DNA of 64,000 nt from Phoronis australis (taxonomy: Eukaryota > Animalia > Phoronida): NCBI GenBank assembly GCA_002633005.1, contig NMRA01000115.1, forward strand, positions 135,996 through 199,995, read 5' to 3'. The notes beneath the pieces are model-generated. The model was given only the letters and a program-made list of their open reading frames with translations. It was not told where the DNA came from and searched no databases. Below, in pieces: positions 48,498 through 60,400 of this stretch. The first letter of the stretch is position 1. The number at the start of each line of letters is the position of its first letter. A program made the translations under genes and the position numbers.

Positions 48498-51400
48498 TTA
48501 CAGGCGGTGTCCGGATTCGTAGAAGTTCACCCAATCTGAAAAAGAAACTCTACAATTTTAGTTTTGCCAACCACGGACAAGCGAGCGGTATCTAATTGGT
48601 CAAATCGAAGTACTTATGATTTATAGAAATACGTCATTAGATGTGTATTTTTGTCTGACTATTTGGTGTGTTTGTGACGGTGTGGCGTATTTCTTCCAGG
48701 AATTGTTAGCATAACGAAACTTAACAATTCCTTTGCGCAGATAAAAGCTCCCTTCAGGAAAAAGGATCACAATCCAGTTATTTTTGATCGAACACATTTG
48801 TAACCAATTCTGGCACCGGGAATTTATTTAAGTTAAGTGCCTGGGCAGCCAACCACAATCACCTTCCATCTGGTTTATATGGTACATGTAGATAACAACG
48901 CACGTTCGTGCCTTTTGAAAAGGAGGCACCCTGGTGGATAAGTATAAACAGATTTATTTGTGTGATTAATAATACATAACCACAGCGAGTCAGGGTGTCC
49001 CAGCAATGGCGGTAACAAATCCAAGAGAAAGGAATTATAAACTTTTGTAGTTATTAGTATTCCATGATGAATGAATAACCATGATTTTATTTATTCGTAA
49101 CTGTCAATATAAAAATTCTGTGCTTCAATGTTGACATTTGGAATATACGCAAACCGTTTGAGGTTTTAATCATGTTCCCAGAAAAAGGCCTATAAACTTG
49201 GGTAGAACTATTTTCAAAAAGTCCCTGTGACAAAGTTTTCCTGTGACGTGATTTAAACTTGAAATGTAAAATGGAAGGCACCATAGAAACGCCTGTATTT
49301 ATACCGGTGTCCCAAGGTTAATAAACTGCGCGTTTTTTTGTTTTTGGTAAAAGCATCATCGTATTGATAACCTGTTTGGTACGATAGCGCATATCCCACG
49401 ACCAACCATCATCATCTAGAAAAATGTGATTTCTTTACTGAAATCGCTCAAAATTGACGAGCAATTTCCAAGTACAGCAAAAGCGTATTGAATGATTTCT
49501 TGTAGGTTTACATACCCCCTGGTTTACGGGAACATTTCTGAAAGCAGTTTAGACCAGGACTTCGTAACGTCTGACTCCAACAGATGGGGTTGTATCCACA
49601 CTGTGTGAACCAACGTTCAGCATCTGATTCCGATATGTTAAGGCAATCCGCCATGCAGTTTATTAAAGCTGAAACAATGTCGGGGTTTTATGTGGCAGCT
49701 ACATGCACCAGCTATCTAAGAAGGCTCTAAACAGGGTAGACAATCTTTCTTCCTGTCAGACCGCACGAGGAAATGTTTCAACGCTAAATGGTAGGAGTGA
49801 TACAGTGAGTACAAGAACTGTATTTAAACATCGTGAAAGTTGTTCTTGAGATCTTCCGTACAGGCTTGCACTGAAAAACGATTGTCTATTTTGAAAAAAT
49901 AGGCTCATAAAGCACGTGATTGGCAATGAGGTTTAGCAGTATTATCTAAATATTATCAATTTATTAACAGAAGTGGTATTATCGGATAAGATTGAGGTTG
50001 GCAGCTGGAATACGAGCTATTGTACCGACGATCTAAAAAAAGATGACTCTATACTCAAATAACAATACATTCTTCTATTAAATGGTTGTTACTTTTCTAA
50101 AGCGTTTTGGTCAGCTTGGCATATTTATATACTCTGAAAAGCATTTTGAACCGTTTTAAAATTGATGAAAATAACAATTCTTCAAACCCGAAGTATTACA
50201 TAGCACAACGCAGGCGATCGCAACGCGTGTCTTATTGACTGAATCGCTGTTGCATGTCTTTTGTTACCTGTATCGTGCATCCGAATTGGTCAATTCAAAT
50301 AACAAATTCTTATGTATCGAACCTGGGATGAAAATCGACTTAGTGCCTCGGTCATGCATTCGTTCCCAGTGGCACTGTGACAGAAGATACCGCGGACAGT
50401 GAGAACATGTACAGTAATACCATGTAAGAAAAACGAGCGAACATAGTAGGCTTATATTCAACCTGGGGCTGCTTTTTGTAGGAGTGACAACTTTGCAGAA
50501 AAGCAAGATCACGCAAGAACTCGCAAAATCACGTGAGTTCACTCTTACTAGCACACCCTTACAAAATGGCGGCTACTAAAGTGATTTGTTGGTGGCGTTG
50601 GGATGTTGAATTGTGGGAAAGAATTCTTCGCTCTTTTCCTTAAGTGGCGAAGTCTAGTTCAATGTGCAACTACAGAGCCTAACCCGACTGGCAAATACTT
50701 TCTGAACTTGGTCACTACTTAAAATAATTCTTGTTTGAGGAATTGTTTAGCAGCATTAGCATAAAAGTTTTTTTGCGAAACATGCACAATCTCATGTTTG
50801 TAGAAGTCGGATAATCTGAGGTTCAAAGCACCTTCAATATTAAATGAAAGATACCAACTTGACCAAAAGCGCTTTTGTCCCCCTTTAATAATTAATTATT
50901 AGATGATTCGATGGAAGAACTTTCTCTGATATGATCACTGAACAATAGCGACAGCGCATGGTGCATAGCGTTTGCTTCTTACCCTCGTCTGTGTTCGGCT
51001 TACTGAAAGTAAGAATCTGTTGTTCCGCTGGCATCAGCAATTTTGCTTCTGCGTCTGAAATATATGATAAAAAATGGTGTCACGAGACGTGACTAAGAAA
51101 GTGCTCATGTCGCACTGCAGTTACTCACTCACTGTCACCTCTCATTTTCTTTTAAACTGTGAGTTTGGGATTTCAGTTTGTTTGAGCAAGTATCAGTTAC
51201 CACTACAGCAATGAGGACGGAAATTCTGACGTTGGGTGGTCGCCATCTTGGTTCTAATGTAAAGAGTGTAAGTGTAAGCCGACTTATTGTTTGTCTCCAA
51301 TTTCAAGTAGTTCCTGAGGCTGTTGCGTAATAATTATCGGACGAAAAAATGCCACGAGAGACTTATTTCTTTTCCTCTAAAGTCCTTGTCCTCAATTCTT

Positions 51401-54400
51401 TTCAGCTGGTTTGACAATTCCAAACAAAGTGTGCTTAACCGGTATGGGTGACTAACACGCTTGGCGAGTTAATGACCCGTCATCAGGAAAACCACTCACC
51501 TGGAACTACGGAAACCACTTTGAGACACAACGAGGGAACGTTTAATTAAGAAGCTGTGAGAAAATATCACCTGTGCATTAGCTGGGGCCCGTTCCAAGAA
51601 ACTGACTTAAGTTCATTTTTGACTTAAGTCTAAGATTTTTCTTAACTTACATACTTTGAAACTTCCACATCCGGTAAGATAATTAAAGTTAAGACACAAC
51701 TTTTATCAAACTTTTAATTAAAACTTAAGATCTCTTTCTTGAAACGGTATCGAGACAAATTTAAGCCTTATCTTAAAATTTACTAAAATTTAAGATTTGT
51801 CTTAGGTACATGTAAGTCAGTTCTGCTGGAACGGACCCCCTGAAAGCATCTATTGGCAGGTTTACTATTCCTAGGTAAGTGCATCGTTTGCAAAGTGTGA
51901 CGGAGGTGAAGGTCGAGCAATGTTAAATGACGCTTTGCTAGGGAATTTTTTGCATACGATACATTTGTTCAAGGAATCGATCACGAGGCCTTGCGCAGTT
52001 TAGGGAGGCTTTGATCAGCAAATAGGCAGTTTTCTGTGTTACCTTGCGGAATGGTGCAGCTGTCCAGACACTCAACGTATCTGGTACCAAATATCTCCGT
52101 CCAACATGTAGCGTTGGTGGAGCACCGTAAGAAGAGACCGATCATGTCTTCGTATGTTCTGTTCAAGCAGCTTTCGATACATAATGTAAATTGATCGGGG
52201 GGAGGAACTGAAACAAAGAGGAACTACGCCACTTACGTTAAGTGTGTTATTGGTAGAGAAAGTTAGAGAATTTTCAGTGCTTGTCAACAACCACGTGGAT
52301 TGCTCAATTAACTTTGACAAATTCGTGACTATATAAAATTTAAAGTAGCCCAAAGAGAGAGAGAGTGGGGAGAGGGAGAAAGATGGAAGGAGAGGGACAG
52401 GGAGAGAGACAAAGAGGGAGGAACAGGGATAAAGGGAGAGAAAAAGGCGGGAAAGAGGGAGAGAGAAAGGAGGAGGAGTGAGAGACAGGGGGAAAGGTAC
52501 GGGAGTGGGCGCGAGGGACGGAGAGAAAGCGAGAGAGAGAGCAAGAGGTAGAATGCCTTGTATTTCACGAGGTAGCTGTAAGTGTTTTGTTTTCTGAAGG
52601 CGTAGATCTACTGAATATATCCATACGTTCAATTGCAAAAACTTGCCTTTTTGACATTTTGATAGGCACACAGGTCCTCTATCTCCCACAGAATTTGTCC
52701 AGCACTCGTCGTCCCACTTGCATTTCACGAATAACGTGACAACGTCGACATAAGACACGTGCAGGCACATTGACATGCAAAGACCAATAGGGTCTCTATT
52801 ATCCCCAGCTTCTAAAAGGACAAGCAGAACAGAACATTGGAGGTAGAAATTGAATCCCTTTTTAAGGAATCAGAACGGTATCATCTTTCGAATTTGTGTG
52901 TTGTTTCTATTTCATTTCTATGTGGTGCTAGTTAGAGCTTCAGATATGAGCTTTGACCATTACCCCCAAGATGTTACACCGTGTCTTCATTAGCTGTCAC
53001 GCTACGCTACTGTGGCCGTACTTCTCGCATCGTTTGAGGCTAGCGCATGTTTTACACAATGTTGATAATTTGACAGGTAGGATCAACAATATAGTTAGTT
53101 AACCTAGTTTAAGTTAAATTGTTCAACAATACAAAGCCTGACAGATCATAGTTTATGAAGGGTAATGCAAAAGGGATTATTGAACTATACACATGTGTGC
53201 TCATAGTTCCAGAGGCTGTAAGGTTTCAGCTTCATTGTTAAAGCTTACGCATTTGAGTTTACAGTAGGGGACATCACTGTCCGCGAAGAGTTAGATTCTC
53301 ATATTTCGCGCACCTGTGGCACAACGTAAAGGACAACACGCTAAGGCAGGCGAATCCGTGAACAAATGATGGTCGATCATCAGTCATATTTGGAACCACC
53401 TGCTTGTACTCAGTTGATGGTGCTCAGCAGCAAGGTAGTGTGTGCGTATCACGTGCTCTCGTGCATTTTTTGTAACTTACGCATTTCTGAAGCGTCCAGA
53501 AACTGGTCGGCAATCTTGTTCTCTGTTGATAGAGAAGAGTTTTAAACCAAGAATTGGTGTATATATATATAGATCTTGAAATGATTTTCATTCATTCCTC
53601 ATCTTGCCAGCCACCAGTAGCACTTTAAAGGGCTTCAAGCAGAGGCATGAGATCCGGTAGAACGTGTAAGCGTGCATTCTGTCACAAAAGTTCTGATTTA
53701 ATCCACTAACCGTTAAAAAAATGGTATTATTATGCTTCCTATTCGGCTTAGAAGTGCTTACATGTAAGATCTCTAAAATATTAAGCCGGCCATCAACAAA
53801 ACTGCAAAACAAAAGCACACACCTTATCCCTCATTAAAAGCTGATTCGAGTGACATTGTTTGTTTGCCTTTAGCCAGCGATAATGAGAACAGTTTAATGA
53901 AACCATTAGCGTTGAGTGATTTGATTCCCTGAGGTTCTAAACCTTTGACACCCATGAAAACCAGAAATGTTTCCTATCTTCTGAAAGTTTCATGAGAAAC
54001 GTAGGTGAGTAAACAATTTAAAAATTTAACTCAAAACTCCGTAATTTATGTAGTCACATGTCCTGATGGAAAGTGTGACTGGGGTAGTCGAAGCCATTCT
54101 AGTGTCACAAAGGCTAACTATGTTTTACATTGTTTCACTTTTGAATCCGCTTCTCGTATGCATTTGCAGATCAGTCGCAATCGGCATACTGTAGTCATTT
54201 ACCAACACTTACTGTACGTAAACTTATACACAGTGGTGCTTATGACTTATTTTCAAGTTCGTACGTCCCTCGAAGCCACGTCAGGGCAGAGTATAGAAGC
54301 GCTTTACTTTGGGAAAGTCGTAGGACTGCATATTAACAAGCTCATTCCTTATGTTAAGGAATAAGTATCTCACCTAGAGGTGATGCTTCTTCAGGAAGGC

Positions 54401-57400
54401 ACTGATTCAGGCACATTACGACTTGACGTCCTACCGCATTTTGCCAACAGGTAGCATTAAATCCACACTGTATAAACCAATGTCCGATTTTTGATGTCGC
54501 ATTGTACATGCAATTGGCGTCGCAAACGACGAACTGAACAACTTGCTGAAGATCTGGAAGAGTCATTTCAGTTTCTTACAACTTCTGATTAAATTTCACT
54601 GCTCCAGTTTTGCAGAAAAACGTGAAAGACACAACAGACAGAGATGTGGTTTGAAATCGGCTAGAAAACTACGTTTTGATTTTGGTCACTCACCACGACC
54701 AAGTTAAATTGGCCTCAACTTGTGGTAAGGCTTGTAAAGATCTGATCGTTCGCTATTGCTTGAAACCGTACGTGTTAAGCGCATTAAAAGATTTGACGTA
54801 ACAAGCCAAACTGTAGAGCCTTTTATCAGGCAAGAACGAACCGCCATTTTTTTCAATCCCAGAAATCATTTCTTATGGCTAAGAAAGAGAATGGGAATAC
54901 TTTTTTAGTGGTAATTGGCCTAGATCAAGTGTTGTCTTGTGACGGATGGCACGATTTTTATCCGCTTTAAAACTTAGTGCATTATTCAAGATCAGAGTAA
55001 TCCTCTCTGAATTTTTTTCATACATGCGCTCTCACTTCTCATTCAAAACAGTGCATACACCGGTTAATAGTTCCTATAGACCAGAAACTGTTTGTATTAC
55101 GGTGCAAATTCCCTATTTGACGTCAGTATTGAACTGACAAAAGGGGCCCTGTACTTGCAGATCTACACCACAGAGTTATGCACCGATGAAAAAAGAGGCT
55201 ACGTGTATACATTCCATACATGACTTTTAACATATTAAGTAGCAACAGTTTGTCATTTCTAGAGAGTAAAGTTTCATCTTCATGAGTAAAGAAACTCACC
55301 AATATGCGGAATAGGTATCGGGGAACACTTCTGCGTACAGTCCCAAAGCTGTGCTGATAGCACGTCTCTCCAGCACGTGAGGTTATTCCCGCATTGGGCT
55401 TTCCAGTCGTCTACCTTGACCGTAGCGTTCACCAAACACTGGGCTTCACATTTACCGAATTTTACCGCCATGTCGATGTAGGGGCCTGCAAGGTGCATTG
55501 CACGCGATTAAAGATGACTTTAAATAGTGACAATTTCGATTGCACGATTACGATATGCTAGTGGTCGTATTGGTTACGTAAACGGCAACATACAAGGAAC
55601 CACCAAGCAGCATTTGGTCTACAACTAGCGTGCACTCTATGATGTTTATGTGATGGATTGACCAAACTCGTACACAGGTTGTTAGTATATACATTGCAGG
55701 TAAATAACATCTACTCACCAACATCAACACTGCATTTCTTTGCACACGTTTGGAATTTCGAAGTAGCGGCGAATTCTTTCCAGCAGGCGGCATTTGTGTT
55801 GCACTTAAGGGCCACGCCGAACCACTGCAAAAATGTCATGTCGAGGCATTGCACTTGACAAGCGGGGTTCAAAACGTCGAGTTCTGTAAAAACGACAATT
55901 TGCCACGAGATTTTTCATAAACTAGACATATGTTATGCATTTGTCGCCTTCGTGTTTCGATGACAATTCTAGTAGATAATTTATGTAAACAAAAAAATGA
56001 TTCCAAACAAAGTCTCATGGTGAAAGGCCTTATCGGAAATCCCCAGGCACGCTTTGTACATGTAGCTTATAGAATAAAAATTCAAAAGTTGCTAGTTTCG
56101 CACGAAAACATTGTGTTCGTGAAAAATACAGCAATCTCCGTGACAAATTCGATTTTTAGATAAGTAGAATTTCAGTGACTACAAAAGCTCAAAATTTCTT
56201 TCGTGTACATAATGAAATTTTCTCATCATCAAGAGTTTCAAAAATACATAGCTTTATGGATATACTGAAATTACTTATCAAAGCTATTGAATAAAGTTTG
56301 TTAACGATGGCAAACCAATAATCAATTCTTTCCTACTATTGTTCTTAAGGGACCTTTTATAAATGAGAAATCAAACTTACTGGTCCCGACGCTGATAGAT
56401 GAGTCTCCTATTGTGAATGCTCTTTCTGAAAAATATATTTCTATTATTAAACTAGTCTTTGCTGTTCGTCCACGTAAACATTAGTGGACTTAGAGTAAGT
56501 GCTTGGCGACTGATCTCTTGAGGATGTACTCTCGGTGCGGCAGTGTTCACATAACTTAAACAGGCATCATTCGACGAGGTTGTGATCGAGAGTTTTCTGT
56601 CCTTAATCTGGTTTCCAGTGTAGGGGGAACAAAATTGGTGAAAGGTTTCAGCTTTGGTCCCAGTTTATTCACATTAAGCAAGTTACTTACCGAGCACGTC
56701 AAATTCCTGAGGAATGCACTGTCCTACGCACTCAACACCTTTTAATCCTATCACTCTAAACCAGCATTTGGCGTCAGTCTGACACTCCTGGTACCACTGC
56801 TCGACCTCTGTTAAGGATTTCCCCAAACACTCAGCCTCGCACTTAAGAAAATCCACCAGCCACGATGGGATCGCTTCCTCTGCAACAAAATGGACACACA
56901 TGATAATCGCCCCCGGCCTTCTGTGTCGCCCTCAACCCGCCGTTTGGCCTGGTCCGCGGAAAACCACCACCTACACAACTTACATATATGCTACTGTGTG
57001 AGACATTAGAGCATCCAATTGTAGGTTGGTGTCTTGAAAAGTATTTGGTCAAAATTATTTGGCATTTTTGTACAACCTTTGTCGCAATGAATTATCGTTT
57101 TTGTCAAAATTTACTAAGATTTTAAAGTGATCTTATTGCGTCAAGCCGCAACTTGTTTATTTGTAGATAGAGCTGTACAGTGAGTTACCGCAATTTCGAC
57201 ATAGTGCGCGGAGTGAAACCTGCCGAAATGTTGTCGAGATTGAACCAGAAGTGAAACGGATTATAGTGTTAAAGAAATAGATATTTAGCCGCAGTTCTGT
57301 AAGTGGAAACGTTTTTTTTTTAATTTCGAAGTTGTCTATTTTATTTTGAGGAACACTGTACATGATTTTCCCTTATTTTAAAGTACAGTTCACTGAAAGA

Positions 57401-60400
57401 TCATCACCTGGTGACCTATTGCCAGCTCCGTCCCCTTGAGGAAAGTCACGTGACACCCGACAAACAAACAAGTTTTACCCGACAACGTGTTGTTTGTCTG
57501 GTAAAATGGCGGTTTGGAAACGAAGGTGTGTCAAGAATGATGCGTTCTCATTGGTCAGTGAAGTCGTCACTCAAAATCCTGGCGAAAAAGGCGAGTAACC
57601 GTTTGCTAAGGAAACCTGTGCAGTTCTTCGCATTGTGTCATACTCACCAGAATCAGATGGAGGTCGGTTGCGAGACTGTAGTCCCAGGTCTGTAAATAGA
57701 GAATATCGATTAGTGGGCCACGGGATAACTCGTGGAAATTACACTAGTTGAAATCTTCTACTAAAAATGAACACAATTTTAGAAAGAGCATAAACGTGTA
57801 TGGAATTTGAAACGGTCCAAGGATGAAAAGAACGTTGGCAACCAAGCTGACAACAGAACGACCATGGAATGTATTCCAATGGGTGCTGCCGATTCGCCTT
57901 GCCAACCGGTTGGTATCTTTGACTGATTATCAATGACGACTTCCTTGTTTTAAAGCCATCGGGTGCTTTAGGTGGTCGACGAAATCAACCAGGCACTGCC
58001 GTACTCTTACCAAGTACAATTTTTTATTTTTCCAAAACCTTAAAACAAACATATTAAGTTTCCTTTATAATCTTTATGTATTTCACCTTCGTTGGGTAAA
58101 GCAAAAAAAGAACGCCATGCGCACTTTCAGAAGCAAGTATCCGGACAAATTCGTCTAGTTTAGAACAACGCTGTTCTCTTTTAAAAAGTGTTGAGAAGCT
58201 TTTGTATAAAAATAGGATAGTACTACAGTTGGTTGGTATCACAAAGTACCAATTTATTTTTCACGTACCGATGGGACCTTGTTGTTCAGGAGCACATTGG
58301 TTGAGACACGTAATTGCTTGACCCATGAGTACCATTTGCCAACAAGACGTGTTCAGTCCACATTTCACGAACCACTTGCCAATCTGGGATGAAGCATGCG
58401 CCATACACTTGGTGTCACAAACGACAAATTCCACCACCTCTTCTAGATCTGTAAACACATTAAGTAGGACCCGTTTCTATGCAGTGCTGAAACAGGTAAG
58501 CGTGCAGTTCTTGAAGTCATTGAATAGCACTTTCCCTTTTTTGATGAAATATTATTGTTTAAGTTCATAAGTATTGCAATGAGATAAAGAACGCATCACA
58601 CCAAATCCTCGTTTCTACAGTCAACTCACCACCCTAATATCGTACCACCTCCTGACTTCATACACTGTCTACACGAGGCGTGTGATGACAAACGCGGCCA
58701 GTCGGTGGGATGCACATTCGATGCCATGATACGTTTTATGTTCTTACAAGATTTGAACTTCCCGGGTAAAGTTCGCCTCTGTTCCTTTAAGCGTTCGTTT
58801 CATTGTAACCAATAATGCATAAACAGCACATGCGTTGCAATGATATTGCAAGTTTTTACAAACTAACAGATGAAAATATTTCCTCACTACTTGAATAAAT
58901 TGTTGTACATGAAAGGATTGAAATTGGATGATTTTTTGAGGTGTGTCACTAAAGATTGCTTGCGACCTGTCACATGGTGTTTCAATATGCATGTAAGTGA
59001 TCGTTCCATTGAAAACCCCGGTTACTTAACCCCAATACATTTAGACGCAGTTTAAACCTCGTCTTTATTTCGGGATTACTTAAAGCTTAACTTCGTTTTT
59101 ATGCTTACCAATAGTTGGGATAGGAATTGGGGAGCATTTTTTTGTACAGTTCCATAGCTGAACTTCCAGCACCCGTCCCCAACACAGGAGGTCACTCCCA
59201 CACTTGGCTCTCCACTCTTTCACATTGGCGGTGGAGTTGATCATGCACTGGGCCTCGCATTCGGCAAACTTTGCAACAATTTCTACATACGGTCCTGAAA
59301 TTGAAGGTAAAACAGTTTCATAAACTTTATTCAAATTTAATTTGTTTTCAAATTTCACCTGGTTTTCACTTTGTATTGATGTAAAGCTTCAACAATTACA
59401 TGTAAGACAAGCGTTATGCCACATAGAAAATGATGCTGGTAGCAATCCATCGTCCCAACAGGCTTAAGAGAAGACAAAACAAGATGAATATGCTGTACCA
59501 AACGAGTGACTAAACTTATTGCATTGACTATTTCAAAGATCAAACCTTACGAGACATTCTTCCCTTCTTAGACTTGTTGATGTCGTTCAAGAACTCACCA
59601 ATATCGATACTACAATTCTTTACGCAAGCTTGGAATTTCGGAGTGCTGGCGAACTCTTTCCAGCAGGTAACATTTGAATTGCACTTTAAGGCCAGCTCGA
59701 ACCAGTTGAAGGGAGTCATGTTCAGACACTGCACCTGACAAACAGGATTTAAAACGTCCACTTCTGCAAGAAAAGAAGCTGGACGTCAAAATATATTCTC
59801 ATCAGGAAAGTAAGCATGATTACAGACATCCCGTGCTTCGCGGGCCACCTCTGGTACATTCGTAGAATTAAATTCCCCTTCTAAAGTCAGTGTTATTTGC
59901 GCATTGGCGAACTTCAGTCGCACTACAAATCATTCTTCAGCTTGGAAGTCACATGATTTGCCGTTAAACAATACTCTCCTTGGGGGAGGGGTAAGATTTG
60001 GGCTACAAAAATACCCGAGTTGTTCGGCAGATGACTAATGCGAAGGCTTGCGTGATTTCATCAATTTCGAAAGATTCTGGTCACACGGAACTCGCCTCAG
60101 CCAGCTACGCAGTTCAAACTCTTTTGTCTATTACAGGAGTTTGACAGTGGCCGTGGGACACTTTTCTTTCTTGAATGTTTTCGCTTGACACATCCAGTAT
60201 CGTAACACTTGACTGCCCGAAAGATACACCGTCTCAATCGCCCTTGTCACATACGCGCAAATTGTTTATACAGTTTTTATCTAACCGTTTGAGTAAGCTC
60301 CCATTTGCTACTCGTGTTTGTAAAACTTGGTGAGGAAATTTGCATGTATACCACATTGAGAAAGATGGTTTCATCTCAGTATAATGTGTATATGTGGTTA

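Noticed and set aside
50268-50322. Candidate additional linker exon in the Cys-repeat gene
   Set aside because: It would end in phase 2 and break the otherwise uniform phase-1 frame.
52072-52646. C-terminal part of the 234-aa ORF (L/S/P-rich)
   Set aside because: Intronic read-through of a CT-rich low-complexity tract beyond the GC donor at 52646.
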